Positions 39,110 through 48,315 of a stretch of 64,000 bases of DNA are shown here, piece by piece. The position numbers and the translations under genes were made by a program. The DNA is taken from contig JAFCCL010000003.1 in the NCBI GenBank assembly GCA_017610205.1, positions 62,353 through 126,352 on the forward strand, in the 5' to 3' direction. The notes under the pieces are model-generated. The model was not told where the DNA came from. It saw nothing but the letters and a program-made list of their open reading frames with translations, and searched no databases. Each line of letters opens with the position of its first letter. Position 1 is the stretch's first letter. Origin of the DNA: Candidatus Iainarchaeum sp. (lineage in GTDB: Archaea > Iainarchaeota > Iainarchaeia > Iainarchaeales > GCA-2688035).

Positions 39110-39128
39110 GGTTACCATATAGGTAACC
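39110..39128. promoter_or_regulatory. Palindromic operator upstream of the AbiE-like pair
   Basis: GGTTACC-atata-GGTAACC. Confidence 0.5.
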
Positions 39129-39129
39129 A

Positions 39130-39202
39130 CGCCCCCGGTAGGACTTGAACCTACGACCTTCCGGTTAACAGCCGAGCGCTCTACCTACTGAGCTACAGGG
39201 GC
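39130..39202 (-). tRNA. tRNA-Asn(GTT)
   Basis: GCCCCTG acceptor stem, TAGCTCAG D-arm, CT-GTT-AA loop, GGTTCAAGTCC. Confidence 0.93.
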
Positions 39203-39280
39203 ATTTAATACTAAAATTGGGTAAGTTAAATTTATTAAAGGTATTTGAATTTTTCTTGGAAACGCTTAGGCCTTTTTCTT

Positions 39281-39616
39281 TCAAACCCTTCTGCGTATTT
39301 GAATTGATTTGTGGCTTTGCATCCAATTGTTTAGCTTTATCTGTGTTTTCTCAATATATGTTTCCAATGCTTTTTTGTCAGAACCCTTTTTTGCCATGGC
39401 CTCTTTAAAAATTTCAATCATTGAAAGAAGTTTTTCCCCAGCGTTTACGTGGAAAGTGTGATAAAAGCATTTTCCAAGCCTTTTTGACAGCTCGCCTTTT
39501 ACTGCAGGATACTCTCTTTTAACCATTGCCTGAAAAGTTGTCTTTTCGCCTCTTGGTGGTTTGTAAGTGGAAAGAGGTTTTTTGTCAGAGATTCTTCTTT
39601 TTCTTTGTCTAGGCAT
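39281..39616 (-). CDS. Hypothetical protein with Arg/Lys/Pro-rich N-terminus
   Basis: AGGTGA SD; starts MPRQRKRRISDKKPLSTYKPPR. Confidence 0.65.
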   Translation of the reverse strand: MPRQRKRRISDKKPLSTYKPPRGEKTTFQAMVKREYPAVKGELSKRLGKCFYHTFHVNAGEKLLSMIEIFKEAMAKKGSDKKALETYIEKTQIKLNNWMQSHKSIQIRRRV

Positions 39617-40003
39617 TTTTTATCACCTACTAATTACATGCTTTTGATATAAAAAACTTTTTGCAAGAAAGAATGAAACGCCTTGAAAGAAAGGTTTTGA
39701 AAACCATGTAAAAAACCATTATTTGTTAAAATAGCCCCATATAACGCTTTTTTGCTAATTTCTTTGTTTGTTAAGTGGTTTTTAGTTAATTTTCTTGTTT
39801 TTTTGCTTTAAAAGCAGAAATAAACCTGATAATGGCGTATACATAACATATTTTGTGTTATCCTGCCTCTCTTTTCAAAACAAGCCTAATTTAGGCTTTT
39901 ATACATAAAAGTAAACCTATATTAAGGACTTTAGACGTATTATAAGTGGCAAATTAAGTGCCTTAGTAAAAAAACAGAATCCTTTTGGGAGAGGTGATAA
40001 AAT

Positions 40004-41077
40004 TTGAAATCAATTGTGGAAAATGCCATGACAAAAACAGATAAAATGGATGATGACCGACTTGAAGAGTTTGGTACTCCAAAGATAATGGTAGTAGGAG
40101 CAGGCGGTGCAGGATGCAATGCTGTTAACAGGCTTGCTGGAATGGGAATTTCAGGAGCACAGCTTGTTGCAGTAAACACTGATAAGCAGCACCTTGCTTT
40201 GGTTAACGATGAGTTAACAAAAATTCTTATTGGGAAGAGTGTTACAAGGGGACTTGGCGCAGGCGGCTATCCTGAGATTGGAGCAAAGGCTGCAGAGGTT
40301 TCGAGGTCTGCTTTGGAGGAAGTACTGTGCGATGTTGACATGCTTTTTATTTCTGCCGGAATGGGTGGAGGAACAGGAACAGGCTCTGCCCCTATCGTTG
40401 CAGAAATTGCAAAAGAACAGGGGGCAATTGTTATTGCAATTGTAACATATCCTTTTGCTTTGGAAAAGGCAAGGCTGATTAAAGCAGAGGAAGGAATTGA
40501 AAATTTGAGGGGTGTTACAGACACTGTTGTAGTAATTGACAACAACAGGCTTGTTGAGCTTGTTCCAAATTTGCCTATTCAGGATGCATTCAAGGTTGCT
40601 GACGAAGTAATTGCAAGAACTGTTAGGGGAATTACTGAAACAATCACCCAGCCAAGCTTAATCAACCTTGATTATGCTGACGTAAGAAGTGTTATGAGCA
40701 GCAAGGGCCTTAGCGTAATAGCTGTTGGAGAAAGCAAGAGCGTTGACAAGGTAAACGAGGTTGTTGAAGACACTCTTAGGAATGCATTGCTTGATGTGGA
40801 TATTGGTGGAGCAACAGGTGCCTTAATTCACATTACTGGAGGACCTGAACTTACTTTGGGTGAAGCCAATGCTATTGGTGAATTGCTGACTGAAAGAATT
40901 GATCCAAAGGCACAGGTTATTTGGGGTTCAAGGGTTGATCCAACCTTTGAAAACAAAATAGAAGTAATAACAATCTTCACCGGAGTTCACTCGCCTTATA
41001 TAAGGGGTCCTGCCCAGGAAGCGGCAATAGATAAAAGGGGCAGCAGAGGCGAACTTGACATAGCATTTGTAAAGTAA
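40004..41077 (+). CDS. ftsZ: Cell division protein FtsZ
   Basis: GAGGAGCN, NTD, GMGGGTGTG tubulin signature, INLDYADV; GAGGTGA SD. Confidence 0.96.
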   Translation: MKSIVENAMTKTDKMDDDRLEEFGTPKIMVVGAGGAGCNAVNRLAGMGISGAQLVAVNTDKQHLALVNDELTKILIGKSVTRGLGAGGYPEIGAKAAEVSRSALEEVLCDVDMLFISAGMGGGTGTGSAPIVAEIAKEQGAIVIAIVTYPFALEKARLIKAEEGIENLRGVTDTVVVIDNNRLVELVPNLPIQDAFKVADEVIARTVRGITETITQPSLINLDYADVRSVMSSKGLSVIAVGESKSVDKVNEVVEDTLRNALLDVDIGGATGALIHITGGPELTLGEANAIGELLTERIDPKAQVIWGSRVDPTFENKIEVITIFTGVHSPYIRGPAQEAAIDKRGSRGELDIAFVK

Positions 41078-41178
41078 ATTGTGGAGGAAAATTCTCCTTC
41101 CCAATTCTTTTTCTTTTTTTTTTACAAAATTCGAAAATTCTTTCAATGCAGTACTTCTTATATCTAAGGATTATTTGT

Positions 41179-41853
41179 TTAAGTATCAATTTCTCTGGCC
41201 CAGTTATATACTTCGATACAATATTCTTTAGTAAATTGGTCTTGTATATTGTCACAAACAGAAGCATCGTCGCCATGGTAGGCTAAAAAGAAATAACAGT
41301 CGTTCTTTTTCTCTTTATCTTTAATTTTGTCACAGGCTAAAATATTGTTATAAGCATCGGCTATGCCTGAATAGCAATAGTCTTTTCGTTCCTGTTCCGT
41401 GATATTATCACAAACTGATATTGACGGAGCAGTGTGATAATAGCATGACCTCAAAATTGTTGTATAACTGCAGGCATAACTTGGGCTTTTTTCGATTGGA
41501 ATTTTATCACAAGCAGTTGAATCTTTTTTGTAAAAAGCAAGTTCTGCATAACAGGTATTTCTTTCAATTGGTGTAAGTGAAGGTTCCTTGCAATAGGATA
41601 TATCAAATTCCTCCAAATCAACTTTGCAGGTTCCGGATGTGCATTCGCAGGGAATGAATGAAATTTCTGGTGAAAGAATGCCAACTAAGCTAAATGGATA
41701 GTTATTATTTACACAGCCGAAAGTACATTCATCGCCATAGGTATAAACGCAGTCAGAGTCAGTTTGGCATTTAGGTTGATTTACCTAATTAACACAACCA
41801 CTTAATGCAATTACTAAAACTAGCAACACGATTAGTAAAATTTTTCCTTTCAT
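41179..41853 (-). pseudogene. Cys-rich repeat lipoprotein, disrupted
   Basis: MKGKILLIVLLVLVIALSGC lipobox, in-frame TAG at 41785-41787, frameshift near 41708, then CDKI...CY repeats (ORF 41179-41616). Confidence 0.75.
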
Positions 41854-41906
41854 TTGACAGTTATTAAGTCCTTTTCCATATTTAAAAGTGCTGGGAATTC
41901 TTTTTT

Positions 41907-43430
41907 TCACAAAAACAGCGGAAGCGCGTTTAGTAAGAGAAGTCCTAAAATTATCCAGAGCATTGCTCTGCCAATGAATTTTTCGGTGTCTGCCTTGCCC
42001 ATTTTTAGGAATCCAAAGTATGGCAGGAAAACAATTTTTGCCATTTTGCCTCCGTCAAAAGGTTCCATTGGCAAAAAGTTAATCATTGCAATTGCAAAGC
42101 TCAGCATAAGAAGCCAGCCGAAGAAGATTGAAAGCCCGCTCAGCATTGACACAAGGCTGATATATTCCTGTGTTGGCTCTTTTCCTTGAACGTAATTCAG
42201 GCTTGTTCTTATTCCAATTTCACCGCGTTGGTTTTTTACAATATTTTTTTCAACAATTTTTCCTGTTTGCGTTTCAAAAACCATTGAAACGTTTTTGTCT
42301 GCCTTGCTAAATGCCTGTTTGAAATCGTAAACGGTTTTCAGCTCAATGCCGTTGTGCTTCCTTAAAATCCACCCTTCTTCAATTACTCCATGGGCTGGAA
42401 CATCAAATTCGTTGCCGCATAGGTCGTAATCTTCAAGCACTTCTTCTATTGTAACAGACTCCAGTTCAATGTCTTTTTCCATTGCATCTATTTGTGGTCC
42501 AAGTACTGGAGTAAATGCTGCTGAAACAATTGTAATAATTGCAAAAAATACAATCATTGAGTAAATGTTTGAAGCAGGACCAATTGCATAAACTCTTAAC
42601 TGATTTTTTTCACTGCTTTTTTTAAGAAGTTTTTCATCTGGCTCAACAAATGCACCAACTGGCAAAAGTCCAAGCAAAAGAATGCCGGTTGATTTTATTT
42701 TCAGCTTTGCCCTTTTCATTAAAGCTCCATGTGAGAACTCGTGCACTACTAAAATTATTAGGAACGCGCCCCAAACATATATTGGAGGGGTTAAGAATGT
42801 TGGAACGTTTGGAATCTGCAAGCCAGGAATCACAGGTGCAATGCCTGGGCAGGGCATTTTGCCTGCAAGAAGCTTTAAAATTATGTCAAGTGCCTGCCAT
42901 GCAAGCGAAACAATTGCAAAAAGCATTAGTCCGCCTAATGCAAAGCCAATTGACCAGAGGAGTACAATGTCAAAGAGCGCTGGGTTTTTTGATGCAAAAA
43001 AAACCCATGCTGTTGTAAAAAATATTGCAAAAAGCACTAGTGCTGAGGCAAGGTCTATTGCAATTCTTTTGTCCAATCCTTTTTTTCTGCCGTATTTGTA
43101 GTCTACTGCAATTGCTCCAAAGCCAAGGATTAACCCTAAATCTGCAAGCAGGTCCCAAATTCCTGCCTTGCTAATCCATTTAATAAAACCAAGTGGTTTT
43201 TTTGTTTTTGCCACGGTTATTACATAAAAGGTATCGTGTTTGGTAAGTTTTGCAATTATGTAAGTTGGAATTAAAAGAAAGCCCACTATTGCAAAAATAA
43301 GAAGTGGGAATGAAAGGTCAAGTGCTGGAAATGCAATTGTTGTTACAAGCAAGAGCAATCCTACTGCTCCAAAAGCCAAAATGATTTTTGAAAAGCGATC
43401 CATTTTTGTAAAGCGATTCATAAAAATCAA
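41907..43430 (-). CDS. Site-2 protease (M50) with PDZ-like insert
   Basis: HEFSH, GAFVEPD, GPASN, NFLPMEPFDGG. Confidence 0.92.
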   Translation of the reverse strand: MIFMNRFTKMDRFSKIILAFGAVGLLLLVTTIAFPALDLSFPLLIFAIVGFLLIPTYIIAKLTKHDTFYVITVAKTKKPLGFIKWISKAGIWDLLADLGLILGFGAIAVDYKYGRKKGLDKRIAIDLASALVLFAIFFTTAWVFFASKNPALFDIVLLWSIGFALGGLMLFAIVSLAWQALDIILKLLAGKMPCPGIAPVIPGLQIPNVPTFLTPPIYVWGAFLIILVVHEFSHGALMKRAKLKIKSTGILLLGLLPVGAFVEPDEKLLKKSSEKNQLRVYAIGPASNIYSMIVFFAIITIVSAAFTPVLGPQIDAMEKDIELESVTIEEVLEDYDLCGNEFDVPAHGVIEEGWILRKHNGIELKTVYDFKQAFSKADKNVSMVFETQTGKIVEKNIVKNQRGEIGIRTSLNYVQGKEPTQEYISLVSMLSGLSIFFGWLLMLSFAIAMINFLPMEPFDGGKMAKIVFLPYFGFLKMGKADTEKFIGRAMLWIILGLLLLNALPLFL

Positions 43431-43507
43431 TTACTCGATTTTTTTTGCTGAATGCGTTTAATTTTTTTTGCGTTTAATTGTTAGATTTTTTTGTTTACTG
43501 CATTCAA

Positions 43508-43912
43508 TTACTCTATTTTCTTTTTTAATTGTATGCCAAGCTGTTTTCCAAGCTTTTCAATCATTGCATCGCTTGGCTTGATTGCCTGGTTTTCAATTCT
43601 GTGCAAAAGGCTTTCTTTTTCAAAAATTTTCATTGCCAGTTCCTTTGTAGTAAGCCCTTTTGCTTCCCTTGCCTTTCTTATCTGTTTTCCAAAGTCGTCA
43701 ACAATTTCAAGACCCAAATCAAAGTCCTTTTCCTTAAATCTTGGTGGCAGGACAACTCTTTGAGGCGCTGGTTTTTGCAGTCCTTTGCTTGTTTCTTTTA
43801 CTGCTTTTTCTTTTCCAAAAATAGCGCATTTTTCACATACAAACAATGTGTTTCCATCCAAAACAGTTTGTCTCAATTTTCCAATTTCCTTTCCGCAGAT
43901 TTCACAATCCAT
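43508..43912 (-). CDS. Archaeal multiprotein bridging factor 1 (aMBF1)
   Basis: CEICG...VCEKC zinc ribbon and IRKARE...ELA HTH. Confidence 0.88.
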   Translation of the reverse strand: MDCEICGKEIGKLRQTVLDGNTLFVCEKCAIFGKEKAVKETSKGLQKPAPQRVVLPPRFKEKDFDLGLEIVDDFGKQIRKAREAKGLTTKELAMKIFEKESLLHRIENQAIKPSDAMIEKLGKQLGIQLKKKIE

Positions 43913-43982
43913 CAAAAGAATTATTTTCAAAACCTGTTAAAAAACCTCTTTTTTAATTAGTTTTGTCCCTTACTGGTTTATT

Positions 43983-45008
43983 ATGGGTACTGCGATTGGA
44001 AACCTTTTGGAAAAGGAAGAAATAGACCTTGATTTTCTTCAAAGCAGGGTGGTTTCAGTTGACAGCTTTAACATTTTGTACCAGTTCCTTTCAGTAATAA
44101 GGGGAATGGATGGCTCTCCTTTAAAGGACAGCAATGGCAGAGTAACTTCCCATCTTGCAGGACTTTTTTATCGAACCATAAATTTGCTTGAACGTGATAT
44201 CAAGCCTGTTTTTGTTTTTGACGGAAAACCATTGGAGTTAAAAAGCAAGACAAGGGCGAAAAGGCGTGCTATTAGAACCGCGGCTGAAGAAAAGATGCTG
44301 AAAGCTCAAAAGGAAGGCGACTTAAAGGAGGCAAGAAAGTATGCCCAGCAGGCTGTAAGGCTTACTCCTGAATTGGTTGAACAGGCAAAAGAGCTTGTAA
44401 CTCTTATGGGTTTGCCTGTAGTGCTGGCTTCAGGTGAAGGTGAAGCTCAGGCTGCTCAAATGGTTGCAGACGGAAAGGTTTACGGTTGCATTTCGCAGGA
44501 TTACGATGCCTTGTTGTTTGGCACCAAGCGATTGCTTCGAAACATTACTGTTTCTGGAAAGCGAAAGGTTCCTGGAAAGTCTTACTATTATGAAATTAAG
44601 CCTGAAATGATTGAGCTTGATAAAACTTTGCATGCTTTGAATATTGACAGGCAAAAGCTTGTGTGGATTGGAATTCTTATTGGAACAGATTTCAATGAAA
44701 AGTTTCCAAAGGTTGGACCAAAGACTGCATTAAAGCTAGTGCAAGAGCATAATAAGTTTGAGAACATTGTAAAGAAAACAGGTTTTGAACCGGATTTTGA
44801 TTACAAAGAAATTGAAGATATTTTTCTCAAGCCAAATGTAACAAAAAAATATGATATTGATTTTAGCTTGCCTGATAATGCAAAGTTGAAGGAATTTTTG
44901 TGCGAGGATTTTGGTTTTTCAGCAAATCGTGTTGACTCTGCGCTTGAAAAGCTTGATGCAAAGTTGAGGGAAAAAGGAAAGCAAAGCAGGCTGGGGCAAT
45001 GGGGTTAA
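43983..45008 (+). CDS. fen: Flap endonuclease 1
   Basis: YQFLS, TSHLAGLFYRT, VFDGKP, EGEAQ, SQDYD, GTDFN; C-terminal PIP box QSRLGQW. Confidence 0.96.
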   Translation: MGTAIGNLLEKEEIDLDFLQSRVVSVDSFNILYQFLSVIRGMDGSPLKDSNGRVTSHLAGLFYRTINLLERDIKPVFVFDGKPLELKSKTRAKRRAIRTAAEEKMLKAQKEGDLKEARKYAQQAVRLTPELVEQAKELVTLMGLPVVLASGEGEAQAAQMVADGKVYGCISQDYDALLFGTKRLLRNITVSGKRKVPGKSYYYEIKPEMIELDKTLHALNIDRQKLVWIGILIGTDFNEKFPKVGPKTALKLVQEHNKFENIVKKTGFEPDFDYKEIEDIFLKPNVTKKYDIDFSLPDNAKLKEFLCEDFGFSANRVDSALEKLDAKLREKGKQSRLGQWG

Positions 45009-45017
45009 GCCTTGGCG

Positions 45018-45950
45018 TCACTGCTTTGTGTTTTCCCTTTCCTGTATTAGTTTCATTAAGTCCTTAAATTTTGAAAGGGATTCAAGTTCTTCTTCTGCAA
45101 CTATTGGAATGTCTGCAACATGTCTGTACCTGAATTCCTGTGAAATTATTAACGGCTTGCCTTCAAAGGCCTCTTTTGCTTTTGCAAGATCTGCTGCTTT
45201 TTTTTCAATTCCCTTCCTTGCAGTTGCCTTTCCAATTACAAGAGAATCGCCTGGATGTGCAACTGCTTTAAATGGGGCATGTTTAAATACTGCAACCTTT
45301 ACTCCCAAATCATGTACTTTTTCCAAAGCATGGTCTTCAAAGTTTTCTGCAAACAATTGTTTTTCTTTTTCCCTTTCAAGTTTTTGCTCTTCAAACAGGT
45401 TGATTTTTTTCACAAGGTTTGCGTTTAATACGTTTTCAAGTTTTTCAGCTGTGTTTAATGACGTGGAAGCGCCTTTTTCATACCTGTGCACTGATTCAAT
45501 TGTTGAATCGATTTTTCTTGCAAGTTCCTTTAATGTAAGTCCCATTTCCTTTCGCTTTTCCCTAAGTTTTCCTGCGTCAAGCTCTACAATGCTTTTTCCC
45601 TTAAAGTATTTTACTGAGGGAAAGTGTTCGTCCAAAAGACCTTTAAGACTTGAAAGGCTTAATGCTGTCAGGCCAAGCCTTTCGTACAAAACCCCTTTCT
45701 TCAATGAAAATGCCTTGCTTTTTTCACCGATTATTAAAACCGTTGCGTTGAAAACCGCAGCAATTTTTCTTAATTCTGCTGCGTGCTCTTCCCTTAATGC
45801 ATCAATGTTGTTGAAAACCTTGAGTACAAGTGTCATATCCAGTCTTTTTGCAACAAGGTCAAAGCAGGCGTTTGAGCGTACAAAGCTTTCAACTGCAAAG
45901 CCATTTTCTTTAAGCAAGGCTGTTGTTTTCAGTAAAAGTGCTTCCCTCAT
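45018..45950 (-). CDS. Archaeal HTH transcriptional regulator (COG1395-like)
   Basis: CFDLVAKR, KVFNNID, central XRE HTH. Confidence 0.8.
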   Translation of the reverse strand: MREALLLKTTALLKENGFAVESFVRSNACFDLVAKRLDMTLVLKVFNNIDALREEHAAELRKIAAVFNATVLIIGEKSKAFSLKKGVLYERLGLTALSLSSLKGLLDEHFPSVKYFKGKSIVELDAGKLREKRKEMGLTLKELARKIDSTIESVHRYEKGASTSLNTAEKLENVLNANLVKKINLFEEQKLEREKEKQLFAENFEDHALEKVHDLGVKVAVFKHAPFKAVAHPGDSLVIGKATARKGIEKKAADLAKAKEAFEGKPLIISQEFRYRHVADIPIVAEEELESLSKFKDLMKLIQERENTKQ

Positions 45951-46775
45951 TTAAACCACGCCTAAAAGGAATCCGATTAGTGCAAGAAACATTGCTCCTT
46001 TTGCAAGCAGTTGAGCTCTTCCATAATCTTTTTTCAAGGTTTCCTTAAAACTGTACAGGAACATAAAGTTTGCAATTGAAACCACTACTACAAACATTGG
46101 CTTTCCAAATGAAAGAAGCAGGACAGGAATGTAGACTGCGATTACAGCAATCATGTAATCAAGAAAAATAAAGCTTAACACCTTTTTTTCTTTAATTATC
46201 ATTGGAAGAGTAATTTTTGTACCAGTATCCGATTCCTTGTCTTCCATGTCTTTTATTAGTTCTCTTGCAAGATTTGCAAACAAGGCGGCAATTGCAAGGG
46301 GTGCAACTATAAGGTAGTTGCCTGCAAGTGATGCGCCAAAAACAAGTGTAATGGCTGTTCCGGATGCCACTACCAAATTTCCAATGTATTTTGCCTTTGT
46401 TAGTATTGCAGAATATGTGATTAAAAGAACTGTAAAAACAATTGCAATAATTATTGAAATTTGCGGCAAAAACAGTACTGTAATCAGGTTGCCGGCAATG
46501 AATAAAATCAGGGAATAATAAATTGCTGTTTTTGGAAAAATGCGACCTTTTGCAATTGGCTTGTTTGGATGCATTTTTTTGTCAATATGCCTGTCAAAAT
46601 AATCATTGATTACCATTCCGCCGCCGCATATCAAAAAGGCAACAAGCATTGCAATTCCAATTTCCTGCGTAAATTCAATTGTCTTCACTGCAATGCTGTA
46701 CCCAATGAAGGTTCCAAGTGCTGCCATTGCGCAGTTAAACGGCCTTAGTATTGAAACAAAATCCTTTAACGCCAT
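45951..46775 (-). CDS. Digeranylgeranylglyceryl phosphate synthase (UbiA family)
   Basis: RPFN, NDYFDRHIDK..HP, RELIKDMEDKESD. Confidence 0.85.
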   Translation of the reverse strand: MALKDFVSILRPFNCAMAALGTFIGYSIAVKTIEFTQEIGIAMLVAFLICGGGMVINDYFDRHIDKKMHPNKPIAKGRIFPKTAIYYSLILFIAGNLITVLFLPQISIIIAIVFTVLLITYSAILTKAKYIGNLVVASGTAITLVFGASLAGNYLIVAPLAIAALFANLARELIKDMEDKESDTGTKITLPMIIKEKKVLSFIFLDYMIAVIAVYIPVLLLSFGKPMFVVVVSIANFMFLYSFKETLKKDYGRAQLLAKGAMFLALIGFLLGVV

Positions 46776-46850
46776 TAACGCAATTAATTGTAAAAAAGGA
46801 TTATAAAATGATTATGTCATTGGTAGATTAACAAAAGAAGGGGGGTTTAC

Positions 46851-47651
46851 TTGATTGATGCTGCCAGCTTGCTTAAAGCAATTCGCGCCAAAAAACCGCT
46901 TGTGCACCATATAACCAATTGGGTTACAATTTACGACTGTGCAAATATTGTGAGAATGGTTGGAGCCCTGCCTGTAATGGCTCATGCAAAAGAGGAAAGT
47001 GCAGAAATGCAGGCAATTTCAAGTTCGCTTGTTTTAAACATTGGAACACTTACCCCTGAACTTGTTGAATCAATGATTTTGGCAGCAAAAAAAGCCAACG
47101 AATTAAAGCATCCAATAGTTCTTGATGCAGTTGGTGTTGGGGCAACAAAATTTAGGGCTGCCAAGGCATTGGAAATAATGGATTCAGTGCATGTTGACAT
47201 TGTAAAAGGAAACGGAAGCGAGATTGCAAAACTTGCCGGTTCAAATGTTTTAACAAAAGGGGTTGAGGCAACTGAAGTAAAAGACGACCTTCTTATTTTG
47301 ACAAAAAAGCTTGCCAAAAAATATAATTGCACGGTTGCTGTAACCGGTGCAGAGGACATTATTGTTTCTGCAAAAGGAACAGGCTTTCTTGTCAAAAATG
47401 GTAATAGTTTGTTAAGTGAATTTGTTGGAACCGGCTGCATGGCTGCCTCCTTGCTTGGTTGCTTTGCTGCAGTTGAAGAAAATTACACAGTTGCAAGTGC
47501 TGTGGCACTAAGTTGTTTTGGAATTGCATCAGAACTTGCTGCAAAAAAGGAAGCAAAACCAGCTGCTTTTAAACAAGAGCTCTTTGACCAATTGTATTCT
47601 CTGAGTTCGGAAAATGCAAACGTATTGCAAAAGATTGATGTGTTAAAATGA
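46851..47651 (+). CDS. thiM: Hydroxyethylthiazole kinase
   Basis: PLVHHITNWV, NIGTL, LDAVGVGAT, KGNGSEI, GTGC. Confidence 0.93.
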   Translation: MIDAASLLKAIRAKKPLVHHITNWVTIYDCANIVRMVGALPVMAHAKEESAEMQAISSSLVLNIGTLTPELVESMILAAKKANELKHPIVLDAVGVGATKFRAAKALEIMDSVHVDIVKGNGSEIAKLAGSNVLTKGVEATEVKDDLLILTKKLAKKYNCTVAVTGAEDIIVSAKGTGFLVKNGNSLLSEFVGTGCMAASLLGCFAAVEENYTVASAVALSCFGIASELAAKKEAKPAAFKQELFDQLYSLSSENANVLQKIDVLK

Positions 47652-47696
47652 TTAAAGGATTGTATTTGGGTGTGTTAAAATGATTAAAGGATTGTA
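47639..47696 (+). repeat. 26-bp direct duplication of the thiM/thiE junction
   Basis: tgtgttaaaatgattaaaggattgta at 47639 and 47671. Confidence 0.85.
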
Positions 47697-48315
47697 CTTT
47701 GTAACAGACAGCATTCTGTCAAACCAGGGTATTCTAAAGGATGCAGAGCAAGTGATTAAAGCAGGATGCAAACTTGTTCAATATCGCGAAAAGAATAAAT
47801 CCTTTAAAGAAATGTTTGAAGAAGCAAAACAGCTTGCAGGCTTGTGCAAAAGCAACGGGGTTTTGTTTATTGTTAATGACCGGCTGGATATTGCTTTGGC
47901 AGTTGACGCAGACGGTGTTCATTTGGGTCAAAATGATTTTCCAATAGTTCTTGCAAGAAAGATTCTGGGAAAGGAAAAGATAATCGGCACAAGCAACCAC
48001 TGTGTTGAAGAAGCCAGGCAGTCAGAGAAAGCAGGAGCGGATTATATCAGCGTTGGTCCTGTTTTTCACACCAGAACAAAAAATGATGCAGGCGCTCCGC
48101 TTGGATTGGGGCTTTTGAAGCAGGTTAGGGCAATTACAAAATTACCACTTGTTGCCATTGGTGGCGTGAATGAAGAAAACATTGACGGGGTTTTGCAGGC
48201 TGGTGCTGATTCGGTTGCAGTAATTTCGGCAATAGTTTCAACAGAAAATCCTGAAAAGTCTGCTAAAATAATTATTAAAAAAATCAAAAACTTAAAGAAA
48301 AATAAGGGGCTTTAA
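47680..48315 (+). CDS. thiE: Thiamine-phosphate synthase
   Basis: QYREK, IVNDRLD, GVHLGQND, TRTK, AIGG. Confidence 0.94.
   Translation: MIKGLYFVTDSILSNQGILKDAEQVIKAGCKLVQYREKNKSFKEMFEEAKQLAGLCKSNGVLFIVNDRLDIALAVDADGVHLGQNDFPIVLARKILGKEKIIGTSNHCVEEARQSEKAGADYISVGPVFHTRTKNDAGAPLGLGLLKQVRAITKLPLVAIGGVNEENIDGVLQAGADSVAVISAIVSTENPEKSAKIIIKKIKNLKKNKGL

Noticed and set aside
4567-41787. Stop-codon reassignment suggested by in-frame TAG/TGA in several ORFs
   Set aside because: Conserved genes end properly at TAG (purT, purH, guaB) and TGA (thiM, thiC); the interruptions are confined to accessory genes
28183-45954. Long antisense ORFs (e.g. 28183-28836, 45028-45954)
   Set aside because: Shadows of well-supported genes on the opposite strand; no motifs
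46776-46850. TPP riboswitch before thiM
   Set aside because: 75-bp AT-rich divergent gap with no CUGAGA motif
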